From Oscillospiraceae bacterium (GTDB lineage: Bacteria > Bacillota > Clostridia > Oscillospirales > Ruminococcaceae): a DNA stretch of 64,000 bases. Shown one piece after another: positions 17,451 to 29,975 of this stretch. Below the pieces are notes generated by a model. It worked only from the letters and a program-made list of their open reading frames with translations. It ran no database searches and was not told where the DNA came from. Numbering within the stretch: the first letter of the stretch is position 1; the number at the start of each line of letters is the position of its first letter. The DNA lies in assembly GCA_017465665.1 (NCBI GenBank), contig JAFTVU010000069.1:1235-65234 (forward strand), in the 5' to 3' direction. The position numbers and the translations under genes are program-made.

Positions 17451-18335
17451 ATGAAAGTACTTACTATTGGCTCTATGAATATAGACCATGTATATAGTGT
17501 GGATCACATTGTACAGCCGGGCGAAACTCTCACCACCGGGGGAATGAATATCTTCCTTGGTGGAAAGGGAATCAACCAGTCGATGGCACTTGCAAAGGCA
17601 GGTGCACAGGTCTATCACAGTGGTATGATAGGCGAGGACGGAACGATGTTCCTTGACGCCTGCAAAGAATACGGCGTGAACAGCGATTACATCCGCACCA
17701 TCGAGGAAAAGACAGGACACACCATTATTCAGGTGGATAAAAATGCTCAGAATTGCATACTGCTTTACGGTGGTGCAAACAGATGCCTTACAGAGGAGTT
17801 TGTTGATGAAGTTCTGAGCCACTTTGAAAAGGACGATATCCTGCTCTTGCAGAACGAGGTAAATCTTTTACCGTACATCATAGATACAGCGTATGAAAAG
17901 GGAATGCAGATAGCACTCAATCCCTCGCCGTTCGATGATAAGCTGAACGAATGTGACCTCACTAAGATCAGCATCTTTCTTCTAAACGAGATCGAGGGTG
18001 GACAGATCACTGGTGAGAGCGAGCCGGCAGCTATACTTGATAAGCTTCAGTTGCTTTACCCGAATGCGAGAATCGTGCTTACACTGGGTAAGGACGGAGC
18101 AGTCTATGCTCATAGAAATGAGCGATATGAGCAGCCGATATTTAAGGTTGAAGCGGTGGATACAACAGCGGCTGGCGATACTTTTACAGGATATTTCCTT
18201 GCCGGTCTCATTGATGGTATGGCGGTGCCTGATATACTCCGTATGAGTGCAAAGGCTTCGTCAATAGCGGTAACAAGACACGGTGCGGTACAGTCGATCC
18301 CATACCGAAGTGAAGTTGAAGAATCACTGAAATAA
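17451..18335 (+). CDS. rbsK: Ribokinase
   Basis: GSMNID, GGKGINQ, DTTAAGDTF (PfkB family). Confidence 0.92.
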   Translation: MKVLTIGSMNIDHVYSVDHIVQPGETLTTGGMNIFLGGKGINQSMALAKAGAQVYHSGMIGEDGTMFLDACKEYGVNSDYIRTIEEKTGHTIIQVDKNAQNCILLYGGANRCLTEEFVDEVLSHFEKDDILLLQNEVNLLPYIIDTAYEKGMQIALNPSPFDDKLNECDLTKISIFLLNEIEGGQITGESEPAAILDKLQLLYPNARIVLTLGKDGAVYAHRNERYEQPIFKVEAVDTTAAGDTFTGYFLAGLIDGMAVPDILRMSAKASSIAVTRHGAVQSIPYRSEVEESLK

Positions 18336-18340
18336 ATAAT

Positions 18341-18374
18341 AAAAGATCCATTGTTTTTTGCAATGGATCTTTTT
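18341..18374. terminator. Bidirectional terminator
   Basis: AAAAGATCCATTG..CAATGGATCTTTT. Confidence 0.8.
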
Positions 18375-18379
18375 GCTTG

Positions 18380-18513
18380 TTAACCAAACCTCCCCCTGAG
18401 CTTCTCCAGAGCTCGTTTCTCTATCCTTGATATATACGACCGCGACATTGACGTCTGAGCTGCAGATGTCAGCAAGCGTAAGTGCATTGCCCTCTGTGTC
18501 AGAGTAGATCGGG
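18380..18513 (-). pseudogene. Remnant of a sporulation sigma factor (sigK/sigE class), 3' part with internal deletion
   Basis: Frame A PIYSDTEGNALTLADICSSDVNV then frame B SRSYISRIEKRALEKLRGRFG*; compare sigE in this window [29 protein letters not shown]. Confidence 0.7.
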
Positions 18514-18555
18514 GCACGGTTTGTGCAATATAAGTATCCCTCAGACACCGAGAGA

Positions 18556-18586
18556 AAACGGGAGCAGATATAACCTGCTCCCGTTT
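18556..18586. terminator. Terminator after AraC gene
   Basis: AAACGGGAGCAG..CTGCTCCCGTTT. Confidence 0.8.
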
Positions 18587-18594
18587 AAATACGA

Positions 18595-19479
18595 TCAAGT
18601 TCCTTTATACATTCTCCGATATTCAGTGGGCGAAAATCCTATAACCTGCTTGAACAGCTTTGTGAAATAGCTGGGAGTATCAATGCCTGACAACTCTGCT
18701 ATCTCTGTAATAGTCAACTCCGTATTCATCAGCAGACCCTCTGCGTAGCCAATCCTTACAGTGTTGGTATATTCGGAATAATTCATGCCTGTTGCTTCCT
18801 TGAAGATGCGACTGAAGTTATAATAACTGGTGCCTGTAATTTGTGCGGCAGTGTTCATGTCAGGAATGTGTTTAGGGTCGTTGGTTATCAGGTCGATTAC
18901 TTCGTTAAGCGAGTTGAGCTTTGTGAGATTGCTGTATTTATCTGAAATGTACGCCTTTTTGTCTGATAAGAGGCAGGAAATTAGCTCGAATACAAGGCTG
19001 TTTCGTCTGCACTCGATGGCAGCCGCCTGCCTGAAATCATAAGGCTCGTTATTGAGCAGCAGCTTTTCTCTCTCGCTGTTGGAGGCAAGACGTATCATGG
19101 TCTCGTAAGCTTTTTCGTTTTCGTTAAGTTCGATGTATGGAAGCTCTCCCTCCAGAACAAGCTTCATTTCGGGTCTGATTATGGTGGAAAGACTGCTGAG
19201 AAACGACGTCGAAAACTGGAGGACAATATCCTCTACATCGGTTATATTATCGTTTCCGTGCATCACAAGCGGAGGTATAAGAAATAACGTGTTCTTTTTT
19301 ATGTGGTATTTCTTGCCGTTGAATATCTGATATCGTTCGCCGCTGAGGATAAAGGATATCTCATAATAGGAGTGGCAGTGCAGGGGATAATTGCCCTTTT
19401 CGTCTGACGCATATGCTGAACAGCTTATATGTGATTTTGACGGCGGCTCTGAACGTTGAAACTGACTCTGATATAGCAT
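18595..19479 (-). CDS. AraC-family regulator (cupin + HTH)
   Basis: HCHSYYEISF cupin; FSRIFKEATG..TITEIAELSG..YFTKLFKQVIGFSPTEYR; RBS GGAGG before 19479. Confidence 0.9.
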   Translation of the reverse strand: MLYQSQFQRSEPPSKSHISCSAYASDEKGNYPLHCHSYYEISFILSGERYQIFNGKKYHIKKNTLFLIPPLVMHGNDNITDVEDIVLQFSTSFLSSLSTIIRPEMKLVLEGELPYIELNENEKAYETMIRLASNSEREKLLLNNEPYDFRQAAAIECRRNSLVFELISCLLSDKKAYISDKYSNLTKLNSLNEVIDLITNDPKHIPDMNTAAQITGTSYYNFSRIFKEATGMNYSEYTNTVRIGYAEGLLMNTELTITEIAELSGIDTPSYFTKLFKQVIGFSPTEYRRMYKGT

Positions 19480-19723
19480 GAACATACACCTCCAATATAG
19501 TGTAAGTATATCACGGGCAACAAAAAAATACAAGCGGAATTTTCCTGAAATATCATCTGTGTTTATTTTGCACAGAGAGGTTTCTGCGAAATTGTACAAA
19601 TAAACAAATTTGCTGCTTTTGCAAAAAAATACAACATATCTGCAAATATTTGTATTCAATTCAGAGCCGAAATGTATTATACTTTATATAACAACGGCTT
19701 TCACATCTTGAAAGGAGTTTTAT

Positions 19724-21151
19724 ATGAGCTTTGATGAATTATTGATAAAGACCATCCCCTCAGAGCGTCAGCTCAGCTTTCAGCAGCTTGAGTTCTATGC
19801 GTTCGTCCATTTCACAGTAAACACGTTTACGGGACTTGAGTGGGGTGACGGCAAGGAATCCCCCGAAATCTTCAACCCCGAAAAGCTGGATGCTGAACAG
19901 TGGGTAAAGGCGATAAAGTCCGCAGGAATGAAAGGACTTATTCTCACCTGCAAGCACCATGACGGCTTCTGCCTGTGGCAGAGTAAGCACACCCAGCATT
20001 CCGTTGCTTCTTCGCCTTTCAGGGGCGGCAAGGGCGATGTGGTTAAAGAGGTATCCGAGGCCTGTGCGAAATACGGCATAAAGTTCGGTGTATACCTCTC
20101 CCCGTGGGACAGAAACTGTAAGCTTTACGGCCAGGGCAAGGCGTACGACGACTACTTTATCAGTCAGCTCACAGAGCTTCTGACGAACTACGGTGAGGTG
20201 TTCTCGGTGTGGTTTGACGGAGCCTGCGGCGAGGGCGAGAACGGCAAGAAGCAGTATTATGACTGGGACAGATATTACGCAACTATAAGAGAATTACAGC
20301 CTAATGCCTGTATCAACGTCTGCGGCCCTGATATCCGCTGGTGCGGCAACGAGGCAGGCTACACCCGCAAGGCAGAGTGGAGCGTAGTCCCTGCCCGAAC
20401 GAGGGATACCGAGAAGATAGCCGAGAACAGCCAGCACGAGGACAACGAGGAGTTCCGTCAGCGTCAGATACATGCATGGGACGGTGATCTCGGCAGTCGT
20501 GAGATACTTGAGGGCGAAACAGATCTAGTATGGTATCCTGCGGAGGTCAATACCTCCATCCGTCCGGGTTGGTTCTATCACGATCACGAGGATGATAAGG
20601 TGCGCTCGCTTGATGATCTCATCAATGTGTATAACTGCTCCGTCGGCGGAAATGCGACATTCCTGCTGAATATTCCGCCCACACCCGATGGTCTGTTCCA
20701 CGAAAACGATGTGAAGCGATTAGAGGATATAGGCGAGTATCTGCGCAGGAACTTCAGCAATAACGTGCTGGAAAACGCAAAGCTTTCCTGCAACGAGAGC
20801 CTTGACGGCTTCGGCATTGAGAACGTTCGCTGTGACAGCTATGACAGCTATTTCCGCACCGCTGACGGAACTACAACAGCAGCAATAGACATCCGTTGGG
20901 ACAAGCCTGTTGATATCGCAAATATTGTCCTTAAGGAGAATATCCGCCTTAGCCAGCGCATTGAAAACTTTACTGTCATCGCCCATCTCGGCGATGCTTC
21001 CGAGGAAATATACAGCGGCACTGTTGTCGGCTATAAGCGTATAATTCCGCTTAAAGACGGTGTAAAGGCTGACAGGCTTACCATCAGTATTACAGATTCC
21101 AGAGTAGCCCCCACATTGTCCTTTATCGGAGTGTATGAAAAAATCGACTGA
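19724..21151 (+). CDS. GH29 alpha-L-fucosidase (1,3/1,4 type)
   Basis: FVHF, KHHDGFCLW, YLSPWD, WFDGA, RWCGNE, RPGWFYH, SVGGNATFLLNIPP. Confidence 0.93.
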   Translation: MSFDELLIKTIPSERQLSFQQLEFYAFVHFTVNTFTGLEWGDGKESPEIFNPEKLDAEQWVKAIKSAGMKGLILTCKHHDGFCLWQSKHTQHSVASSPFRGGKGDVVKEVSEACAKYGIKFGVYLSPWDRNCKLYGQGKAYDDYFISQLTELLTNYGEVFSVWFDGACGEGENGKKQYYDWDRYYATIRELQPNACINVCGPDIRWCGNEAGYTRKAEWSVVPARTRDTEKIAENSQHEDNEEFRQRQIHAWDGDLGSREILEGETDLVWYPAEVNTSIRPGWFYHDHEDDKVRSLDDLINVYNCSVGGNATFLLNIPPTPDGLFHENDVKRLEDIGEYLRRNFSNNVLENAKLSCNESLDGFGIENVRCDSYDSYFRTADGTTTAAIDIRWDKPVDIANIVLKENIRLSQRIENFTVIAHLGDASEEIYSGTVVGYKRIIPLKDGVKADRLTISITDSRVAPTLSFIGVYEKID

Positions 21152-24151
<3,000 letters not shown>

Positions 24152-24202
24152 GATATTGCAGTGATGTATCGCACAGAGCGTTTTCAGCAGTATATAAAAA
24201 TA

Positions 24203-24228
24203 ACGGGAGCAGATCGTTCTGCTCCCGT
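24203..24228. terminator. Terminator between convergent genes
   Basis: ACGGGAGCAGA-tcgt-TCTGCTCCCGT. Confidence 0.75.
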
Positions 24229-24271
24229 ATTTCTATGTTTTTATTGGATTAATGTTTTTGAGTGAGAAATC

Positions 24272-25765
24272 TCATCTGTATTCATTTATCATGGCTTCTA
24301 TAACGGGAGCGTACTCCTCGCTGAGCTGCGTCCATGAGTCACCGTCAAACAGCGGTCCGCCGAAAAGCTTGTCTTTGGCTGTGATGAGCTCGCTGTCAAA
24401 GCCGTTGCAGTCCTCAAACACGAAATTGAACTTTGTCGGATCCTTCATGTCTATCCAGAGGTCATACAGTTCGGGATCCCATACGAGCTGCCACTTGCGC
24501 ATTCCCTCGTATTTGCCCTCAATATAGTAAACAGGTTCGGGATTGATGGCTCTGTCACGGGCTGTCGCTCTTACTTCCTCATCTATCTCGTAGATTCTGT
24601 TGAGGTGGATCCAGTCGATAGCACCTTCGATGTTCTTTGCACCCTTAGGCACCATATAGCCGAACGTATCATAAGCGATGGTATAAGTTTCAGAGGAGGG
24701 GTCACGAGGGAACGGAACAAATGCGAAATCTGATACAACTCCGCAGATGTCATTTTCAACACCCTTCAGGTTCTGCACAGCGGATGCCGCTTCGGAATAT
24801 ACCCAATCGGGATTCATACCGTAGAACAGCACTCTGTCGGAGTTCTTTGCCCATAACTGAGGAGAGAGCCAGTCAACAAATTCGTTCTGATAAACAAGAC
24901 CGTCACGGTAAAGTGTAGACGCAAACTGCATCGCACGTGCTAAATTGGGATCGTTGATATTGTTGACGATAGTGCCGTCTTTTCTGACATCGATAAGCGG
25001 AACGCCCGTCGTAGCAACAAAGCTCATAGCATGAGTGCCTGCGTATCCGATCTTTTCGTCATCAATATTACACCATTCAACGCAAAGCTCTCTGAAAGTG
25101 TCCCATGTCCAGTTGTTCTGAAGGTACAGATCATACGGGTCAGTCAGACCAGCTTCAATTACTTCCTTGCGGTTATAGTTGATCGCAAAATTTGTAATGG
25201 TCTGATAGGGATAGTAATAATGCTTTCCCTCATAAACGAAATCTTCGGCAAGATGGGCAATACCCTCCCAGATAGGTGATTCAAGATTTACATATTCGTC
25301 GAGCGGCTCATACAGGTTTCTCTTTAATCCATACGGGTAGGATTGCCATTCGTATGTCGTACAGTCAGGTGAATCTCCTGATGCGATCAGTACACCGAGC
25401 TTCTCGAAATAAGCGTCGCCGCTGGAAGATGAGATGTATTCGATCTCGCCGCCGTATTTCTCAGAGGTAAAGATGCTGTATACCTCTGTGCTGCGGTTGC
25501 GGATATCGTTATATCCGAGGAACTTCACTGTACCGGCATTTCCGCTTGGGACATATTCCTCATTGATTACATCTCTGATCTTTTCGTCGGTAGCGGCATT
25601 TTCGTCAGGGTCGGTAGTGGTAACTGCAGCCGTAGTCGTAGTAGCTGCAGAAAGAGATGATGAAGGAGCAGATATTCCTTGTGATGGACTTTCGTTGCAG
25701 GCTGTCATTGTAATTATCATAGTAACAGAAAGGGCAACGGATGCGGTTTTTCTTAATTTGGTCAT
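24272..25765 (-). CDS. Orphan extracellular solute-binding lipoprotein (sugar ABC type)
   Basis: Lipobox MTAC, Thr-rich linker, IASGDSPD, WTWDTF, FVPFP. Confidence 0.85.
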   Translation of the reverse strand: MTKLRKTASVALSVTMIITMTACNESPSQGISAPSSSLSAATTTTAAVTTTDPDENAATDEKIRDVINEEYVPSGNAGTVKFLGYNDIRNRSTEVYSIFTSEKYGGEIEYISSSSGDAYFEKLGVLIASGDSPDCTTYEWQSYPYGLKRNLYEPLDEYVNLESPIWEGIAHLAEDFVYEGKHYYYPYQTITNFAINYNRKEVIEAGLTDPYDLYLQNNWTWDTFRELCVEWCNIDDEKIGYAGTHAMSFVATTGVPLIDVRKDGTIVNNINDPNLARAMQFASTLYRDGLVYQNEFVDWLSPQLWAKNSDRVLFYGMNPDWVYSEAASAVQNLKGVENDICGVVSDFAFVPFPRDPSSETYTIAYDTFGYMVPKGAKNIEGAIDWIHLNRIYEIDEEVRATARDRAINPEPVYYIEGKYEGMRKWQLVWDPELYDLWIDMKDPTKFNFVFEDCNGFDSELITAKDKLFGGPLFDGDSWTQLSEEYAPVIEAMINEYR

Positions 25766-26069
25766 AGTGTCAACTCCTTTTTCGGTTTAGGTAATAACCT
25801 TACTTATAGTATAATACGTTCGCCGAAGAAAAGAAATAGAATAATTTGTTGAATAATTATACTTTTTTGCGGAATTCCGAAGTTACGGACCACTATGACA
25901 AATACGAAATTTTAATTCCTCATCTCTAATTCTAAGCACCTTAACGCTAAGCGTTATTCATCTTGGGAACAGCTCTCTTATGTATTCATACATCCTCCGA
26001 ACCCGCACCACCAGCCGTTTCAGCGAGGGACAGAGCCAGTGCCTCGGACTGTAACAATGTGTTCAGCGA

Positions 26070-26168
26070 GGGGTCGCCCTCACGGATACGCATGGTTCTG
26101 CGAATTTCCTTAGGGATAACGATTCGTCCCAGATCGTCTATACGACGGACAATACCTGTTGCTTTCAT
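26070..26168 (-). pseudogene. spoVT: 5' part (33 codons) of spoVT, interrupted
   Basis: MKATGIVRRIDDLGRIVIPKEIRRTMRIREGDP then unrelated read-through to stop at 25986; RBS GAAAGGA. Confidence 0.85.
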
Positions 26169-26214
26169 ATATTCAAATCCTTTCATAGAAATAATCTGCT
26201 TATGTCTGCATAGG

Positions 26215-26256
26215 TATTGTTTACAAATGACGGGAAAATATACATTTATTTCGACA
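26215..26256 (-). promoter_or_regulatory. sigmaG-type promoter of spoVT plus Spo0A box
   Basis: GTATA-17bp-AACAATA (26243..26215); TGTCGAA at 26256..26250. Confidence 0.6.
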
Positions 26257-26272
26257 ATATCTGCGGCAAAGA

Positions 26273-26950
26273 TCATCTCAGCTTTTTGGCGCTTTTGACT
26301 TCAAGCGTTTTACCGTCAACTGTAAAGCTTATATCAAATCCGCCGTAGCTCATTGTGTATATCCTCTCGGGTGAGTTCTGATATTGCGGTCGTGGATCCT
26401 GTGCGAGAAGCTCCTTGACAGCCTGCTCTGATCTACCCAAAGCGTTAGCAATATCCTGTGGTATCGATACCTGAAGCGTACCTGCGCGCTCATCCAGTGC
26501 AAAGCCATTTGAAGCTTCAGGATGACTGTCAACATACGCGAGATACGGTTTGATATCGTATATCGGCGTGTTATCCATGATATCTGCGCCTGATACAGTA
26601 ATGACAGGACCGTCCTTGGTGCTCAGTTCTATTTTTTCTATTTTGACGCAGCTCAGACCTATTGGGTTTGGGCGGTATGGAGCGCGTGTGGCAAAAACTC
26701 CCATTCTTGTGTTGCCGCCGAGCCGCGGTGGTCTGACAGTGGGTGACCAGTCATCTCTTACTGCTTCTGAGAACTGCCATATCAGCCATAGATGTGAATA
26801 TTGCTCCAGACCGCGCAGTGCATCAGGATTGCGGTATTCAGGTGTAAAGATGATGCGTGCTGTAACCGAATTGACAAGTCCGCTCTGACGGGGAATACCG
26901 AATTTTTCAGGGAAGTCACAGCGCAGATGCGCGATCGTTTTTAGTTCCAT
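26273..26950 (-). CDS. tsaA: tRNA m6t6A37 methyltransferase TrmO/TsaA
   Basis: KFGIPRQSG, PTVRPPRLGGN, GVFATRAPYRPNPIGLS, DIKPY. Confidence 0.93.
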   Translation of the reverse strand: MELKTIAHLRCDFPEKFGIPRQSGLVNSVTARIIFTPEYRNPDALRGLEQYSHLWLIWQFSEAVRDDWSPTVRPPRLGGNTRMGVFATRAPYRPNPIGLSCVKIEKIELSTKDGPVITVSGADIMDNTPIYDIKPYLAYVDSHPEASNGFALDERAGTLQVSIPQDIANALGRSEQAVKELLAQDPRPQYQNSPERIYTMSYGGFDISFTVDGKTLEVKSAKKLR

Positions 26951-26951
26951 A

Positions 26952-29519
26952 TCAGCCTCCGATAAGTTCTCTGATAGCCTTTTCCACCAGCTTTACTTCC
27001 TCGTGAAACTCATTGGCAGAAACTCTGATTCCGCCGCTTCCGAGAATAATGAGCTGTTCCACATTATCAGAAGTAGCAACGCGTACCTTGTGGTCGCGTC
27101 CCAGCTTGTGAGCTACCTTTTCGATGTACATATCAGCCGTTTCGGCTTCCTTTGTGTATACTACATTTATTCCTCCTACGGTCTCTACCTCTCTGTGGCT
27201 GCCTTTTACTTTATATGCGTCAAAAACGAGTATGAGATTGCACTGCCTGAAGCCCTGATAGTTACAAAGGATATTGATAAGCGTGCTTCGTGCAAGATCA
27301 AGATTGTCCTTGGCGAGCTTATTCAGCTCTTCCCATGCGAAGATGATATTGTATCCATCCACCAGCAGATACTCGGGACCTTTCGGGGGAGGAGGCAGCT
27401 TCGGTATCTTCTTATACTCGGGCTGTTTTTCGTTTCGCATTGCATTGCGGGGGTTACGGTCGATCTTGCCGTAGGTGCGCTCAAATATCTCCATAAGCTC
27501 CTTGTCGGTAGCCATGCGCTGTTTGTAGGAGGATATCTGCTGCTGGGCAGCAGTATCGGCGTCATCGGATGTATCTGTGCTGCCACCGAATCTTATGCCG
27601 CTGTCAACGTGCATTCTGTAAGGTGCTTCATCCCACTTTACGATCACACCTGCGCCGTGTGAGCAGAAAACGCTGTCTGCGGAATTGTCCACATCGCTGT
27701 CAACATCATAGCCTATCTCCGCAATAACTTCCTCAGCGTTGTGGCAGGGGAAATATCCCTTGGGAATACAAGTAAGTCTGCCCTTACCATGAGTGTAGCT
27801 TATTACCTCGCTCTGGTAATCGCGCATTTTTGCAACAGGTGCAGAGCCGTTGAGCGTTGTGGTATCGCCGTTTGTTATGGGTGGCTGCATTTCACATTCC
27901 ATGCGCTGGATATCTGTCATTGCTCTGCCGACACACTCTGACGGCACATCCAGTTTAAAGTCATACCACGGCTCCAGTAAAACTGATTTTGCACTGCGCA
28001 AGCCCTGACGAACAGCGCGATAGGTCGCCTGACGGAAATCTCCGCCCTCGGTATGCTTGATGTGTGCCTTGCCTGCAACAAGAGTTATCTTCATATCTGT
28101 GATGGGAGAGCCTGTAAGAACTCCAATATGGACTTTTTCCTCAAGATGCGTAAGAATCAGCCTCTGCCAGTTGGTATCCAGAGAATCTCTCTGAAGATCC
28201 GTGCAGAATTGCAGACCTGTTCCTCTTTCGGCAGGCTCCATCAGCAGATGCACTTCTGCGTAATGACGAAGCGGCTCATAATGACCTACGCCCTCAACAG
28301 GTGCTTCGATTGTCTCCTTATAGGTGATACTTCCGCGGTCAAAGCTTACATCCAAGTTATATCGGTCTGCTATCATAGTTTTAAGGATCTCAAGCTGGAT
28401 CTCACCCATGAGCTGTACATGTATCTCCTGCAGCCGCTCGTTCCATATCACATGCATCTGAGGCTCCTGCTCCTCCAGCTTGTGAAGCTGCTGAAGTGCG
28501 GTCTGCACATCAGTTTTAGGTGGCAGTATCAGTTTATATGTCAGCACAGGCTCAAGGACAGGGGAAAGGCTGTTGCGCTCAAAGCCCAGACCCTCGCCTG
28601 CAAAGGTCTTTGTAAGGCCTGTAACAGCGCATACTCCGCCTGCAGGAAGCTCGTCCACGGCAGTGAATTTGGTTCCCGAATATACGCGAATCTGATTGAT
28701 CTTTTCAGACCAGCCGTTTCCGTCTATAAGAGAGCGAACTTTAAGAGTACCGCCTGTTACTTTAAGATGTGTAAGTCGTGCGCCTTGCTCATCCTGTGTT
28801 ATTTTGTATACTCTGGCACCAAACTGTTCGGAGTAATCAGGTTGAATAGTATATCTGTCCAGTAATCTGAGCAGCTCATCGATACCATTCAGCTTCAGCG
28901 CAGAGCCAAACAGGCAGGGGAATACCTCGCGGTTTGATATTGCCGCGGAAATAAGATCGTCGGTGATATCGCCACTGTCAAGATAAGCGTTCATAAGCTC
29001 TTCGCTGCATTCGGCAAGATCTTCGTTGATCTCATTACGGTCGCGAAGTGGTGAGAAGTCGCAGCAGCCGCCTGAAAGCTTCTGCTTTAATTCTTTGAGC
29101 AGAGATTCCTTAGTAAGATATGATATATCCATTTTGTTGATAAAAATGAATGTGGGGATATTATATCTTATCAGCAGCTGCCACAGTGTTTCGGTATGGC
29201 TCTGAACACCGTCTGTACCACTTATGACTAATACTGCATAATCCAGCACCTGCAGTGCGCGTTCCATTTCTGCGGAAAAATCCACATGCCCTGGAGTGTC
29301 AAGTAAAGTTACCGAAGAGGAGGGGAGTGAAACCTCTGCTTGCTTTGAAAAGATGGTTATTCCGCGGCTGCGTTCCATGCTGTCAGTATCCAGAAAAGCG
29401 TTGCCGTGGTCAACTCTGCCCAGCTTCCGTATTCCGCCCGAACAGTACAGCAAACCCTCGGAAAGCGTAGTTTTTCCTGAGTCAACATGGGCGAGCATAC
29501 CTATTACAAGTCGCTTCAT
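26952..29519 (-). CDS. EF-G/TetM-like translational GTPase fused to a NYN (YacP/Rae1-like) RNase domain
   Basis: AHVDSGKTT, RGITI, DTPGHVDF, NKMD; C-terminal LLVDGYN..VFDA..ETADMYIE..VATSD. Confidence 0.9.
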   Translation of the reverse strand: MKRLVIGMLAHVDSGKTTLSEGLLYCSGGIRKLGRVDHGNAFLDTDSMERSRGITIFSKQAEVSLPSSSVTLLDTPGHVDFSAEMERALQVLDYAVLVISGTDGVQSHTETLWQLLIRYNIPTFIFINKMDISYLTKESLLKELKQKLSGGCCDFSPLRDRNEINEDLAECSEELMNAYLDSGDITDDLISAAISNREVFPCLFGSALKLNGIDELLRLLDRYTIQPDYSEQFGARVYKITQDEQGARLTHLKVTGGTLKVRSLIDGNGWSEKINQIRVYSGTKFTAVDELPAGGVCAVTGLTKTFAGEGLGFERNSLSPVLEPVLTYKLILPPKTDVQTALQQLHKLEEQEPQMHVIWNERLQEIHVQLMGEIQLEILKTMIADRYNLDVSFDRGSITYKETIEAPVEGVGHYEPLRHYAEVHLLMEPAERGTGLQFCTDLQRDSLDTNWQRLILTHLEEKVHIGVLTGSPITDMKITLVAGKAHIKHTEGGDFRQATYRAVRQGLRSAKSVLLEPWYDFKLDVPSECVGRAMTDIQRMECEMQPPITNGDTTTLNGSAPVAKMRDYQSEVISYTHGKGRLTCIPKGYFPCHNAEEVIAEIGYDVDSDVDNSADSVFCSHGAGVIVKWDEAPYRMHVDSGIRFGGSTDTSDDADTAAQQQISSYKQRMATDKELMEIFERTYGKIDRNPRNAMRNEKQPEYKKIPKLPPPPKGPEYLLVDGYNIIFAWEELNKLAKDNLDLARSTLINILCNYQGFRQCNLILVFDAYKVKGSHREVETVGGINVVYTKEAETADMYIEKVAHKLGRDHKVRVATSDNVEQLIILGSGGIRVSANEFHEEVKLVEKAIRELIGG

Positions 29520-29594
29520 ACAGTCATCTTCCTTTGTAAATGAATTTGTAACAAAAAAGTCACTGTGCAGGATAATGTCTGCACAGTGGCGCGG

Positions 29595-29975
29595 TTATTT
29601 TTTGTTGAGGATCACCGTTGCAGTGGCAAATCTCTTGCAGTGTGCAACAGAAAGATTGTAAACATAGTTCTCACGTTCTGTCAGCATCTTTGCAAGACCC
29701 GAAGTGATGATGAAAGGGGAATCCAATCTGTCACGAAGAACTGTGATATCACGTGCTCTTACAACGCGTGTTCCTGTGCCGATGGCTTTTGCGAATGCGA
29801 CCTTTGCACAGTAGTTTTCCGCGATCATAGTCGGGCTCATATGGTGATTAACTATGTGGCGTATCTCATCTGCAGAAAAGTATTTGGAAAGGAACTTGGG
29901 ATTACGCGCAATTCTTCTGATACGGTCTATCTCTATGATCCCTGTTCCAATTCTGATAAAAATATTATTTGGCAT
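29595..29975 (-). CDS. AcpS-like phosphopantetheinyl transferase, catalytic acids substituted
   Basis: IGTGIIEIDRI and AKVAFAKAIGTG vs canonical GxD..E..R and AKEA..KA.GTG. Confidence 0.75.
   Translation of the reverse strand: MPNNIFIRIGTGIIEIDRIRRIARNPKFLSKYFSADEIRHIVNHHMSPTMIAENYCAKVAFAKAIGTGTRVVRARDITVLRDRLDSPFIITSGLAKMLTERENYVYNLSVAHCKRFATATVILNKK

Noticed and set aside
25986-26276. 96-aa AbrB-like protein as a complete gene
   Set aside because: Sequence is SpoVT-type, the real start is 26168, and similarity stops at EGDP before the AbrB fold is complete
26952-29519. Tetracycline resistance gene (tetM/O/W)
   Set aside because: Longer NYN-fused GTPase in a housekeeping operon; nothing supports resistance
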